From Eledone cirrhosa (Eukaryota), in NCBI GenBank assembly GCA_964016885.1, contig OZ024746.1, positions 93,620,001-93,684,000 on the forward strand: DNA of 64,000 nt, read 5' to 3'. Below are positions 26,499 through 42,231 of this stretch, one piece after another (within the stretch, counting starts at the first letter, position 1; every line of letters begins with the position of its first letter). The notes under the pieces are model-generated. The model was not told the DNA's origin. It worked only from the letters and a program-made list of their open reading frames with translations, and ran no database searches. Made by a program: the position numbers and the translations under genes.

Positions 26499-27631
26499 CA
26501 TACATACATACACGGATACACAATGATACAGTGGTTCAAGAGGAATGGTTAGATAAACAAATAAAATATATTACGACCTCCCATCTTACGCCTCAACTCC
26601 CTAAAAAAGAAATGAAATGTTACGGGTTTGCCCCCTTCGAGAAGCTGTGCGATGGTTGAGACTTCTGGTGTCCTCGGCCTTAGGACCACCTCCCACTCAC
26701 AACAATCGGTACGGAGTTGGCTACCCGCAGGAGTGAGCCTCACGAAATGGAATAGCTCTTCCAATGCATCTCCTTCACCATCCTCCGGGAAACGCCTTCT
26801 CTATTTTGTCCGTGGAGGCGTGGGGCCGTGGGGGCGTGTGGCCGTGGGGGCGTGTGGCCGTGGGGGCGTGTGGCCGTGGGGCCGCAGGGCGGCCAGAGCG
26901 TGCCCCCCCCCCCACACACATTTGCTTAAAACAGTGAGAGGTGGGGAGAGCGCGGGTGACAGAGGCGGTAACAATGGGAATTTGATTTCATTATGTTCAA
27001 ACCTAAAAGGGCGGTGGATTGTCAGTATCGGTAGAGGGTCGGACGCCATGCATTGCAGCATAGAGTTACGGCCCTTTATGATCTGAGTTCAAATCCCGCC
27101 GAGGTTAACTTTGCCTTTCATCCTTACAAGGTCGATAAAATAAAGTACCAGTCACGCACTGGGGTCAATTTAATCGACTTTCCTCTCCCTCAAAATTGCT
27201 GGCCTTGTGACTATAGTAGAAATCCTTATGTTGGGACCTAATATATTTGTATATATTTACCACACCACATATACATGTGCAAGATATGAGTTTTAAAGAA
27301 TGAAAGAATGAAAGAATGGAATTGCAGTTGAAGATATTTCCATATACTTAATTGAAATGATTGTAATGAACTAATTAGATAAGGAGAACGTAATTATATA
27401 ACTTAAACGATCTGTCAGGCGAAAATCCCTGGCGACAGAAACAGTTTTTTCTTTTGTTTTTTTTCTTCTTGCGACAATCTCTCTGGCACTGCAAATCAAC
27501 AAATTTTCTGTTAACACAAGTCAATAGATCAGACATAGGCAACCTTTTTCGAGCAGTGGGCCACATAGTACTGGCATGTCAAACTGCTGTGTGGGCTGCA
27601 ATTTTTCTTTTTCCATTTTGTCAGGATGAAA

Positions 27632-28022
27632 GATATCGTTGCCCTCGGGATAACGTTGCCCTCGGGATAACGTTGCCCTCGGGATAACGTTGTCCTCGGG
27701 ATAACGTTGCTCTCGGTATAACGTTGTCCTCGGGATAACGTTGCTCTCGGTATAACGTTGTCCTCGGGATAACGTTGTCCTCAGGATAACGTTGCCCTCG
27801 GTATAATGTTGTCCTCGGGATAACGTTGTCCTCGGGATAACGTTGCCCTCGGTATAACGTTGTCCTCGGGATAACGTTGCCCTCGGTATAACGTTGTCCT
27901 CGGGATAACGTTGTCCTCGGGATAACGTTGCGCTCGGTATAACGTTGTCCTCGGGATAACGTTGCCCTCGGTATAACGTTGTCCTCGGGATAACGTTGTC
28001 CTCGGGATAACGTTGCCCTCGG
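27632..28022. repeat. 17-bp minisatellite (ataacgttgtcctcggg), ~23 units, embedded in a minus-strand family-A-type SINE
   Basis: Flanked by aggatgaaag (27623) and cctcggcgggatctaaaactcagag...ctgccaat (28017-28110), which are contiguous parts of the SINE. Confidence 0.9.
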
Positions 28023-28304
28023 CGGGATCTAAAACTCAGAGCGTAGCGAGTCGGAACGAAAACTAATGCAAATCGGTCTCTCCGACCTTCCAACGGCCGG
28101 CTCTGCCAATTGGGCTGCTTTGTTCCATAACACTTTCAAATGAATTTAAGCATTTCTTAATTTGCCATAATCACGTGTTCTTGTTTAATATGCATGAATT
28201 AGCTATATGACATTTCCATAGGATGTATACGATTCATAATGAGCGCATGTCTGTAGCATTTAAAGCTCTGTTGATTGAGGTACACAGCAGTTACAGTTTA
28301 TATA

Positions 28305-28384
<80 letters not shown>

Positions 28385-28466
28385 GAGAGAGAGGGAGAGA
28401 GAGAGAGAGAAGGCCACTACAGGACTAGAACGGTTACAATCGGGATCAACACACACACACATACAT

Positions 28467-28505
<39 letters not shown>

Positions 28506-28741
28506 GGAAAAAGTATGACCCCGACAGCAGAGCTCAAGCTATTTCGAGCTATTTCAAGCTATTTCGAGCTATTTCGACGGCTATTTCAATCCAGAAATAG
28601 CCGTCGAAACGGCTTGAGCTCTGCCGTCGGGGGTCATACTTTTTCCTATTTCCCACTCTACTACCCTAAGTATTGAGTACTCTGGTGCGTTATGGTCCAT
28701 CTGGTTCCTTACCACATTTCCTTTGTTATATATATATATGT

Positions 28742-28786
<45 letters not shown>

Positions 28787-28811
28787 CGTGTGTGTGTGTA
28801 TATATACATAC

Positions 28812-28869
<58 letters not shown>

Positions 28870-29803
28870 TTGTGCGCACACTATCATCTACCTATATACA
28901 TACAGCCCTGGTATCTAGGTGGATTCGTGTTACAAAATACGTTAGAGAAGGCCAAGAGAGAATGTATTGAATGTCAATTTGTCAATCAATATGTGTGCTG
29001 GAGGCACGAAATGTACGGAAACAAACGAAAATGCCCGAAAGCCTGAACGTCACCTTGTAGCGTGTCCTGAGAAGATTTATTACAGCTGATCACACATTCC
29101 CTGACCAGCCTCAGCTAGGAGTCAAATTCTGAGCTACGAGGTTGTTGTTGGGCCTCAGTTGGTTCCCCTAATGAGTGTTCCAGTTGTTTGATCAACGAAT
29201 CAGCCTGCTCATGAAATTAACGTGCAAATAGTTGTGTATTCCACAAACGTATGTACCCATTATACAATTCTCAGGGAGATCCAGCACATCAAAGTGAATG
29301 ACAAGGCTGACCCTTTGAAATACAGGCTCAACTACGTTCCTATCTGCTTGTACTGGAGCGAACTGAAATAAAATATCTTGCTCAAGGATACAACGAACCT
29401 CCGGGAATCGAACTCACGCCTTTACAACCCTAACCCTAACTAACCCTAACCCTAACCCTAATTGCTAAGTCAGACGCCTTCAGGTAAGTACAAGAAGAGA
29501 GTGAAAGAGGAAATATAAAAAAAACTTGATTGGTTATTGGAATTGGGTCGCCAAATCAGATCAATTGTTCGACCCGATAGTATAATATAATTTCTCCCAC
29601 ACCAGACGTGTCCTCTTACTAAGAGGATCGGAGAAACAGACACGTGTGGTCCTAGGTGTATTGTATGTGAATGGGTGGCAGGGGTGATCAGGTTTAACCT
29701 GGGGCTAAACAATAACTAGAACTTTCTCCCGTTTAATAGTATTCTCTCTTATAATTCATATCTATTCTACTTATTTATCTATCTATCTATCTATCTATCT
29801 ATT

Positions 29804-29850
<47 letters not shown>

Positions 29851-29851
29851 A

Positions 29852-29882
<31 letters not shown>

Positions 29883-29889
29883 TTACGCT

Positions 29890-31192
29890 CACCCAGAAGT
29901 GGGAAGAGTACAAACTATCCTTGAAAGGTCGAGCGAAGGTGGCGAACACTTTCATAGCGTCCGTCATCTACTACCGCTTGACCGTCGTGCCTTGTCTCCG
30001 TGAGCGCGTCACCAAGATGGAACGCATGCTCTTCCAGTTCCTTTGAAAGAAGCAGGCTCCACTGGTGAGGAGATCCGTCTGCCGAAGATGATGATGCGCA
30101 AACATGCGCTGAGGCTACGGCATCTACAGGTATTCCTCACTGACCAACCGGTGTGGGCACCGTTTGTGAGACAGGCCTTCCCGCAACTTGTCTCGCTGAC
30201 TGAGCTGCAGTCCTCAAGCGGAGACCGAAGAAGATGGGCGCCTGGCACATTGAATGCGCTCAGGCGCTCACAGTCCTCTTTCAAGCGGGCACGGCAATCA
30301 GTGTGACTCCACTTCGACATTCTATAGAGGGTTAGTACGTCATAAGGGCGACGACGTGCTCGGAGAGACTCTGGGTGTCGAAGACGACGAACTCACCAGT
30401 CTGTTTGGTAGGACTTTCCGCCCGGGACTTATGGACAACTTCCAGAGATCCCTGACCTGGCAGTGCTACCGAGGAGCTCTACCAGTTCGAGACAAGATCT
30501 ACAGGCACGGACGCCCCGGCAGGGATCCTTCCAAGAGGACGTGTCCAAGATGGAGCAGGACATTGAAACCGTCTTGCACGCAATTGTACACTGCCCGGGC
30601 GTAACCGACCTTTGGAACTACGCAGAACAACTGCCGTCGCGTATGGGACAAACCCAGTTGACTGCCGAGTCCATAGTAAGGATCAAACCGCCAACTTCTT
30701 TCAAAAACGAAAGAGAGCTGGTTTTCCTCTGTACGGTGGCTATGGTGAAAGAGGTTATATGGTGGACAAGATTGAGAGGACTGAGGACAGATGCCTTTCT
30801 CTCCGGACAACAACTCGTTCCCTTCTTTAGGTACCACTTTAGAAGGAGAATCAGAGTGGAGAGAGAGGCACTGCACCCCAGTAAATTTACTGAAATGTGG
30901 TTGAATGTGGCAAAAATGGCCCGAGTGATTGGGCCTTCTCTGTATATAAACCTGTAGCCTGAAAAAGAGAGCAAAAATTAGAAAGGAGCACAACACGCTC
31001 CTGAAGTTGAGGGCTGTTCTATCGACGGGGTATTAAACAACCCATTTGTGGCGCCTCCCCCCTATAGGGGATTTCGATTGTAAAATTTGTTTGTTTCAAT
31101 ATTTTTACTTTACACTACTGTATGTATAAATCCCCGCCATATGTCTTTGTATTCTCCCCTTTTATGTGCGCCCTTGTGGCAAATAAAGGAAT
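29890..31192 (+). mobile_element. Second Tx1/L1 copy (3' 1.3 kb), same family as 23205-25030
   Basis: Near-identical C-terminal peptide (TFYRGLV...GPSLYINL) and 3' UTR. (TCTA)n flanks. Confidence 0.92.
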
Positions 31193-31485
31193 ATATCTAT
31201 CTATATATCTACCTGTCTGCCTGTTTGACAAAACACAAACAGGGCTCACCTGCATCCACGTACTCGTACAGTAACACACGCACACACACACACACACATA
31301 TATATATATACACACACACATTCATTGACATACATATTACACATACACACATAATTGACTACATAGAAACAACTTCAGCAAGCCATATAAATCCATCAGC
31401 TGTTCACATAATCTCCCCCTCCCCTTCTTTCTACTACGGATGGACACACACACACACGTATCTATCTATCTCCCTCTCTCCCCCC

Positions 31486-31577
<92 letters not shown>

Positions 31578-31796
31578 ACCGCACATAAACAGTGGAAGCC
31601 ACACACAGTCACACAAACAGCTTGCGTAAAGATAGCCATGTTATTCATCTGCCAGCTGCTCATATGCCTGTCTCTCTCTCTCTCTCTCTCTGTGTCCCAC
31701 ACTCTCATTTTCTCTCTCCCTCTCTCTCCCTTTGTCTATCTTCATTTCTCTCTCTCTCTCCCTCTCTCTCCCTTTCTCTATCTTCATTTCTCTCTC

Positions 31797-31905
<109 letters not shown>

Positions 31906-32060
31906 TTCTCTCTCTTAATTTCTCTCTCTCTGTCCCTGTCCCTCTCACTCACACACTTTTCCTTCTTTCTTCATTTCTCCAGCCCTCCCTCCCTCCCTCC
32001 CTCTCTCTCCCTGTCCCCTCTCTCCACCCTCTCTCTCATTCTCAACTACTCCGGACATAT

Positions 32061-32126
<66 letters not shown>

Positions 32127-32331
32127 CCACACACACAGACACACATGCACACACACGCACACGTAACTCTGTCATCGCTATAGTTTCACAGAGCCAGCTA
32201 AAGCGACCAAACTGGTAACTTCGAGGTCACTGACACTTTTTAACTCAGAAAATAGAGTTAACACTCTAATTAGACCTATTGAGTACATATTCAGTCAATG
32301 ATTGAATCTACTACCGACTATTATACACCCG

Positions 32332-32432
<101 letters not shown>

Positions 32433-32460
32433 ATATACTTGTATATATATATATATGTAT

Positions 32461-33033
32461 CCCAGTACAACCTGTCTCATGGTCGGGTCGCTGGCGACTA
32501 AACCGGCAACCCCACCAAGGTTTATTGGTGAGGAAGGTGACTTTGGACATCCTGCAGGACTAAAAACAAAACCTGTCAAAGGGCAAAGGAGCTCTTAAGA
32601 GTCAATGGCCATCCAAAATCACCGGGAGAGATGACCCCTTAGCCTTTGTCAAGGCAGAATTCTAGGAGAAGGAAAACTCTGATATAACACCTGCAACCCT
32701 GATGGTATCCAATGATGTTGACTTGTTCTTCTTTTTGGTAAATATCATCTTGGTTAAGAGAGTGGAACTGGCTTTGTGCATTGCCTTTGCTCACTATAAA
32801 AGCTTCACGGCACAGGCATTGCTTTATATCTGGAGATCTCTCTGCACTTGTCATCACGTGGTACCATGGGCCCAACACTATGTGTCAATAATTGTCACAG
32901 GTGTAGTGTTTGTACCAGAGTTTTCAAGTCGCTGGCTGGACTAAAAAGTCACACTCGTTCAGCTCATCGGTAGGGGTTCTCCTACATGGATATAAAGTAG
33001 TGGCCGTACTCGAAAACGAGTTGGCAGTCACCA
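32461..33033 (+). mobile_element. Non-autonomous RTE-derived element (5'UTR-like part fused to the 3' end); related pieces at 48000-48330, 48415-48562, 48690-48910 (-)
   Basis: 32902-32973 encodes CSVCTRVFKSLAGLKSHTRSAHR*, a C2H2 finger as found at RTE C-termini. The 3' stem ctcgaaaacgag is shared with 48001-48030. Confidence 0.6.
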
Positions 33034-33039
33034 TATATC

Positions 33040-33075
<36 letters not shown>

Positions 33076-33349
33076 ATGTATATATATGCGTGTGGCTGAG
33101 TGGTTAGAGAATTGGATTGGCAATCGTAAGGTTGTGAGTTCGATTCCTGGACCAGGCGATGCGTTATGTCCTTGAGCAAGACACTTTATTTCACGTTGCT
33201 CCTTCTACCTGGAGTTGCGACCGATAGATAGTATTAGCAATTGGAAAGACCAACGGAAACATTGTTCCCTCGGTCCGATTTGACCGAAGTCGATCGTTCC
33301 TTTTATGTATGCATATATATATATATTTATATATATATGTATATGTATA

Positions 33350-33384
<35 letters not shown>

Positions 33385-33429
33385 GTATAATATATATATA
33401 CATATATATATATATACATATACATATAT

Positions 33430-33558
33430 ACAGAGTATCCCAATAAAATGTATACATATATTTATTACAATTATATTGACGTGTGTATATACTTTTTTGG
33501 GGAAGCCCTATATATATATATATATATAGATGTATTTATATACTTTTTGGGGAAGCCC

Positions 33559-33598
<40 letters not shown>

Positions 33599-33626
33599 TG
33601 TATATATATACTTTTTGGGGAAGCCC

Positions 33627-33630
<4 letters not shown>
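33430..33630. mobile_element. Small Tc1/mariner-type MITE with triplicated right end
   Basis: cagagtatcccaataaaatgtata ... tatactttttggggaagccct x3 in (TA)n. Confidence 0.5.
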
Positions 33631-33672
<42 letters not shown>

Positions 33673-33728
33673 GATGTACACATATATATACATAGATGTA
33701 TATATATGTATATATATATATATGTATG

Positions 33729-34160
<432 letters not shown>

Positions 34161-34669
34161 GTTATTCTTCACTTTTTCTATATATTTATATATATATATA
34201 TATGAGAAAAATGGAGCTCTGCGTGGTTGCACATGAGTTACATATGAATAAAATTAGTCCTTCATTAGTGATCTTCCAACTTTCATTGGTATTTCATCGC
34301 TTTAAAAATCATATACCTCTGGTTGGTGCGAGCAATAACAAATAAAGTTATTGGGACAAGTAAAATAGGGTGAAACGAGCGAAACATGTAAACAAACAAC
34401 GATGGTATGGCAACGGAAAGATAGGAAGAGACAAGTACATGATATCTGTAAGCTTAAGCTTGGTGAATTCATGGACGAGAGATACAGACCATCCGACATG
34501 GGTGAGATGTGAGCGAGAAAAGGATTTCACACAGGTCAAACGGGGGGAAGTGAGAGAGGGGGATAAGCAGAGAGTGAGTGAGTGGAAGTGTGAGGAAGAG
34601 ACCAGCAGAGAGAGAGTGTGACTGGCAGAGGGGGTAAAAAGAGGAGAGAGAGAGTAAGAAAGAAACAGT

Positions 34670-34709
<40 letters not shown>

Positions 34710-35174
34710 ACAGGGAGAAAGAGACGATTATTAGAAAGAAAATATATATATACATTCGGTATATAAGCATGCAATTCAAATCAAGCACTCAACGTCATAT
34801 TACTTCCTAAAAACAGGGATGACGGTATATTAATAAAGATAAACATGCGAAATTAAAGATGTTAGAATCCTTTATTAAAGTCCTTTAATAAAGGACTTTA
34901 ACATATTCAACTTCGCATTCTCCTCTTTATATATATATATATATATATATAACGGAGGAATTGTGGTAAGGAACCAGATGGACCATAACGCTCAAAAGTA
35001 CTCAATACTTAGGGTAGTAGAGTGGGTGATGGGGAAAAGTATGACTCCGACGGCAGAGCTCAAGCCGTTTCGACACCTAGATACGAGTTATTACTCACTC
35101 TACTACCCTAAGTATCGAGTACTCCGGTGCGTTATGGTCCACCTGGTTTCTTACCACACTTTCTTTGTTGTTAT

Positions 35175-35240
<66 letters not shown>

Positions 35241-35364
35241 CGAAGGAAATGTGGTAAGGAACCAGATGGACCATAACGCACCAAAGTACTCAATACTTAG
35301 GGTAGTAGAGTCCAGAATTAGCCGTCGAAACGGCTTGAGCTCAGCCGTCGGGGTCTTACTTGTT

Positions 35365-35442
<78 letters not shown>

Positions 35443-35837
35443 GATAAATCTACCAAGAGTTTACGGTAGTGTCCAATCCGTATGAAGAACTCAATGTATT
35501 CCGGATATCATGGAAAGAAGAGATGTAATGAAAATCCAATTTCGGTGAAAGATAAACGGTATACAGAGTCAAGATAAAATATTAAACAAATAATGAACAA
35601 ACAATTCCTTATATTAAACAAAAAAAGTTCACTATTTAACGATCGTTTCTAGGGTATATATGTGTTATAATTGGTATGCATATTTAACAGATCTATGTAC
35701 AAAATTATACAAAATTATACAAATTATCAAGATTAAATATACATACCTAACTCAAAAGATGTTTAAAAGAGTTCCATGTATTTTATTATGCGCATTTCAA
35801 AAACAAATATCATCATAAGCTTCATATCATGTCTCCC

Positions 35838-35907
35838 TATTTTATCTGATGAGAACGCAAATATCACCCATGACGATATTTGTTTTTGAAATGCGCATAA
35901 TAAAATA
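35838..35907 (+). ncRNA. Type-I hammerhead ribozyme within fold-back element 35751-35987
   Basis: tattttat-CTGATGA-gaacgcaaatatc(acccatgac)gatatttgttttt-GAAA-tgcgca-TA-ataaaata. Perfect 8-bp stem I. Confidence 0.85.
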
Positions 35908-36045
35908 CATGGAACTCTTTTAACCATCTTTTGATTTTATATTATTTATACTCCAGTCCTATAAACTGTTGAGTGCTTCTTATCCGATATATATATATAT
36001 ATATACGATATTAACAAATGGAAACTATATTTATAAAACCATATT

Positions 36046-36110
36046 TATTTCATTATACATATTTCAAGGACACCAAGTTAAATTATGGTGTGCTTTCATC
36101 AGATAAAATA
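36046..36110 (-). ncRNA. Type-I hammerhead ribozyme (mirror copy of 36237-36301)
   Basis: Reverse complement of the plus-strand ribozyme, in the left arm of palindrome 36005-36343. Confidence 0.8.
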
Positions 36111-36236
36111 TAGCAGTTTTATAAATAAATATTGACATACCCTTAAAGAATGCAACCCGGATAGTGAGCTTCCAACAGTAATGGTTGCATTCTTTAAGGG
36201 TATGTCAATATTTATTTATAAAACTGCTCTATATTA

Positions 36237-36301
36237 TATTTTATCTGATGAAAGCACACCATAATTTAACTTGGTGTCCTTGAAATATGTATAATGAAAT
36301 A
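36237..36301 (+). ncRNA. Type-I hammerhead ribozyme within fold-back element 36005-36430
   Basis: tattttat-CTGATGA-aagcacacca(taatttaact)tggtgtcctt-GAAA-tatgta-TA-atgaaata. Confidence 0.85.
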
Positions 36302-36481
36302 AATATGGTTTTATAAATATAGTTTCCATTTGTTCATATCGTATTTTTACTCCAATTATCTGTTGAGTGCTTTATATCAGTTATAAACATATTTGCTTGT
36401 TGTATCACAACAATTTAAATAGAACTTTTACATATATATATATATACACACACACATATACACACTCACGCACACACACAC

Positions 36482-36512
<31 letters not shown>

Positions 36513-36805
36513 ATATGACTTGTTGAAGATAATGTTGTTACTAATGATGCTGTTGTTTGCTCTGAAAAATCGCTTCTCGACTGAGGCGTGACGAAGCCAA
36601 CGTTACACCTCTCTTGCTTGTACTTGTTTATACATTCACTTACGTGTGTATGTATGCATAAATGTATGTATATGTATGTGTGTTTGTTTGTGTCTGTGTA
36701 TGTGTGTGTGTGTATGTGTGTATGTGTGTGTGTGCGTGCGTGTCTGTGTGTGTGTGCGTGTGCGTGTGTGTGTGTGTGTGCATGTATGTGTATATGTATA
36801 TGTGT

Positions 36806-36900
<95 letters not shown>

Positions 36901-37141
36901 CGTGTCTGTGTGTAGGGGGTTGTTTTGACTCCTCTGATGTATTCGGGCAAACGGTAAAGATGATATGTCATAGCGTACAAGAGACGTGAGGCTGGGTGTG
37001 TGTGTATAGACTTGCTTCTAATATGTGCATGCGTGTGTGCAATGTGTATTTGTCTTCTCCTTGTGTATGCGCATGAGTCTGCGTGCGTGTGCATATATCT
37101 ACGTGTATCTGTCTATCTGTCCGCCCCGTCCCCTCTCTCTC

Positions 37142-37185
<44 letters not shown>

Positions 37186-37235
37186 ATATGCATATATGTA
37201 TAAGTATGTGTGTATGTTTTCGGGTTTCCCCTCTG

Positions 37236-37382
<147 letters not shown>

Positions 37383-37471
37383 TGTGTGCGACGGTATATT
37401 GTGTGTTATTTGTGTAAAATCTTTATCTCACGCTATTACATATTTATATATGCAATGCGTGTTGTTTTGGG

Positions 37472-37515
<44 letters not shown>

Positions 37516-37518
37516 CAC

Positions 37519-37549
<31 letters not shown>

Positions 37550-38109
37550 TATATATGTGTTTGTGTATTTTCTGTATTTTCTGGTGGACACCCTCAAATC
37601 TTACCTTCCCTCATGTTCACGCACCAGCACTACTACCACCACGACCACTACGACTACCATCACCACCACTACTATTACCACCAGCACTACTACCACCACC
37701 ACCACTACGACTACCATCACCGCCACTACTATTACCACCACCACCACTACCACCACTACTACCACCACCACCACCACCACCACCAACACCACTATCATTA
37801 CCACCACCCCATTAACACCACCTCCACAGCCACAACCACCACCACCACCACCACGCCACTACCACCACCACCACCACAAACAACACCACCACCACCGCCA
37901 CTACCACCACCAACCACCACAAACAACACCATCACCACCACCAACACCGCCACTACCACCACCACCACCACAAACAACACCACCACCACCACCACCACCA
38001 CCACCGCCACTACCACCACCACCACCACCCGGTTGCTCTCTTTCCTTCATTCACTCACTCCATCGAAAGCGCAGCTTTACGAAGTGCTTCACACACATAC
38101 ACATATATA

Positions 38110-38429
38110 TATTACAAGAGAGACTCTGACACACACACACACACACATGCAAACTTTCACACACACACACATACATACATATATATATATATATATTATA
38201 AAAGAGACACTGACATACACACGCAATCTTTCACATACACATACACATATATATATATATTATAAAAGAGACACTGACATACACACGCAATCTTTCACAT
38301 ACACATACACATACATATATATATATATATTACAAGAGAGACTCTGACACACACACACGCAATCTTTCACACACATATATATATATATATATTACAAGAG
38401 AGACTCTAACATACACACACGCAATCTTT

Positions 38430-38502
<73 letters not shown>

Positions 38503-38630
38503 ATGTATATATATATATATACATTACAAGAGAGACTCTAACATACACACACGCAATCTTTCACACACACATACATATCTATATATTACAAGAGATACAC
38601 TGATATACACACATGCAGTCTCTCACACTC
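38110..38630. repeat. Composite tandem repeat (~8 units of attacaagagagactctgacac..gcaatctttcac + variable CA/TA run)
   Basis: Direct reading. Confidence 0.85.
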
Positions 38631-39668
38631 ACATATATTTCACTTGAGATATACTGTTGTTGGGATCACACTTCGCATTTTGCTGGAGCTTATTAATTCA
38701 TTCGGATGTGTTTTATTTAGACCTTGTTGTGATCACGTCTAGCGATATCTATCATCGATATCATAAACCATTCAATCGATCACATTTATTCGTTTACTTT
38801 TTGGTTTATGATTTACTTGTTTTTTTTTCGTTTTTCTGAGAAACCAGCTTTTAAAAAAAACTTTTCATACATATATTTTACACAGACTTTCATACGTACT
38901 TACTACAAAGAAATATAAATTATATACATTTGTGGTCGTGTATAACACACACTCATACATATATATAGATATAGATATAGAGATATACACACACACATGT
39001 CCGCACACTTATATTCATACCCTTCGTAGTTTATTATTGTATATATATATATATATTTAGATTTAGATTTATGTTCATTTACATATAATTATATGCATCA
39101 CTTAGATTCATACAGTTGCCACACTCACTCACACACACACTTATGTATATGTATATGTTTAAAACACGTTCATACTTTCTTTATTGGACATACACGCCAA
39201 ACCAGTCGCATGCAAACACCTCTCTACATATATAGATAGATAAATAGATAGATAGATAGATATATAGATAGATAGATAGATAGATAGATATAGATGCATA
39301 ATCATGAGCGCTCATTTATACATATTTAACATATATAAACAGACATAGTTATATTTTTTTCGGTTAAAAAAATAATCAACATACGCCACACACATTCATA
39401 CACATACACACACATACACACATGGACACACAATTTAACGCGCGTGTGTGTGTGTGTGCATAAGTATAAAACATGCTTTGCAACACACACGCACACGCGT
39501 GAAATAGTTACCGTACCGTTGCGATGATGGTATATACATATATATATATTGTGGAAATATTTACCTTTTCTCATTTTAACCAAGTCTGTAAGGATTTTTG
39601 GAGTACATTGTTTTGAGGTAAGTGAAATGTCTGTTATTTTACATTGATTTTTGCCAAAATACCGTTTT

Positions 39669-39721
<53 letters not shown>

Positions 39722-39860
39722 AATGAAGCACATTGTATGAACTGCACCGTCTTAACCCATTGCCGGGTCCCTAGGCTTTCAAGTATTTCGAGGTTCCTTC
39801 TGGCACTTCAGTTTTGCGCCCCAATACAATATATATATATACATAATTCTGTAATTACAT

Positions 39861-39964
<104 letters not shown>

Positions 39965-39965
39965 G

Positions 39966-40008
39966 AACAGGACTAGAACTGTTTCATTCTTGAGAAATCA
40001 TCAGGAAT
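39966..40008 (-). ncRNA. Hammerhead remnant, family of 446-492
   Basis: Minus strand: attc-CTGATGA-tttctcaagaat-GAAA-cagttctagtcctg-TT. The 3' strand of stem I is lost. Confidence 0.6.
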
Positions 40009-40019
40009 ATATATATATA

Positions 40020-40238
40020 TTTAAGAGTTAAACAAGGTTCAATGAATACATCAAAGAATGAGTTTTACAATAGATTGGAAGCACTCAACAAGATGTTTTC
40101 CAGAGTTATTAATATTAATTCAAAATATTAACAAAATAGATATTCTTGTGATCAATTATTCAGTACCTCTGAAATATGTATAATAAAATATAATTGATCA
40201 CAAGAATATCTATTTTGGTAATATTTTGAATTAATATA
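40020..40238. mobile_element. Fold-back PLE terminus
   Basis: Arms ~40112-40159/40190-40236 with GAAA-tatgta-TA-ataaaata at the centre. gcactcaa motif at 40081. Confidence 0.65.
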
Positions 40239-40393
40239 TATATATTAAAATAACAGATTAAAGTTTAAGCAAAGAATCGCTGCTTTCACCCTTAACGGGA
40301 TCTTCTGATATATATATATATATTAATTTTTATATATATATATATATATATATATTTATAACTCTACAAAGTTAGCTGTCTCTAACACACACA

Positions 40394-40438
<45 letters not shown>

Positions 40439-40587
40439 ACACACACACATATATATATATATGAAAAATTCAGGACCCCGAACGAATCTATCTGTTGAAA
40501 CAGCCGGAGCTCAGCCGTCGAGGTCCCGAATGTTTCATATTACCCACTCTACTACGCCAAGTATCGAGTATTCTGGTTTTTACCGCC

Positions 40588-40662
<75 letters not shown>

Positions 40663-40721
40663 TACGAACCTTGTCGTTGCAGGACCCCTATATATATATA
40701 TATATACACTGTATATTTATG

Positions 40722-40900
<179 letters not shown>

Positions 40901-40920
40901 GAACCTTGTCGTTGCAGGAC

Positions 40921-40970
<50 letters not shown>

Positions 40971-41292
40971 GAACCTTGTCGTTGCAGGACCCCTAGTCAT
41001 GCCATAAATAATAGGGTCCTACGGCGAAGGTAAACAAGTTGGCATATAGGCATACGAGGGGGGTGGGGGCTGCTCATTTCGTGTTCTATTCTGTTAGTAA
41101 GGGAGGTAAAACATTATTTACATAAATATTTCTGTTTGCAAGTACATTATGTATCATACATACACCTGTGTATATAAATACCCGCAACCCATACACAGTG
41201 ATAAGAAACTCTGAGAAGAGGTGGACAGCAGAAGGTAGGCGTCAGAGAAGAAACCTCCCTCAAGCAAATATTTTTGCCCTACATACATTTGG

Positions 41293-41333
<41 letters not shown>

Positions 41334-41384
41334 TGTAATAAACAACATAAGGCAATTATTCCATTTACCAGTGGTTTCTTAAGA

Positions 41385-41428
<44 letters not shown>

Positions 41429-41865
41429 AAAACACATATTCTTTTTCTTTTTAACTGAAGCGAAGTTCTATATCTGACCAAAGTTATTCTATTTGTCGTA
41501 TTTATCATCCTCTTTCATAACAACCACTAACTTCGCTTCACATGCAGGGGTGGTGGGACTGGGTTGTTGGGTGGGTGGGCGTGAGTAAGTGAAATGTCTG
41601 TCATTCTACATTGATTTCGCCAATATACCGACTCATCATCATCATCACCATCACCATGAAGTCAGACTGTATTTTTCGTCCCAAACTACCAAAACACACA
41701 TCTATTTGTATATGCGTTACAATTTATGTACATGTTATGTTTATCGCATATCGAAGTTCTTTTTATATCTTGTTTGATATTCGATAACAACAGTTAAACT
41801 AATCACTATAACTAAATTGACTAAATCCCCATCTCCCATTCAGAAATACTTCCACCCCACCATCC

Positions 41866-41961
<96 letters not shown>

Positions 41962-42231
41962 CAGCGAGAATCGCATTTCGGCGGGTAGAAAGCGAAACGT
42001 AACGCAAATTCCGAGTTATGCTGGCAAGCGCTCCATGGGTTAAAAAGACCAGATCAATAAACATAGGTTATAAAGGCCATACAAACTGAGAAGGCGGTCA
42101 AGTGATAGGTTTTGGCCAGCATTGGCTGAAGCCATGTCTAACTTAATATCCGTAACCCATACATAAATCATTTTTTAAATTATTATTAAGCACTAATTAT
42201 TAAATTACTTAATGAACAGTTTGAAATGGGG

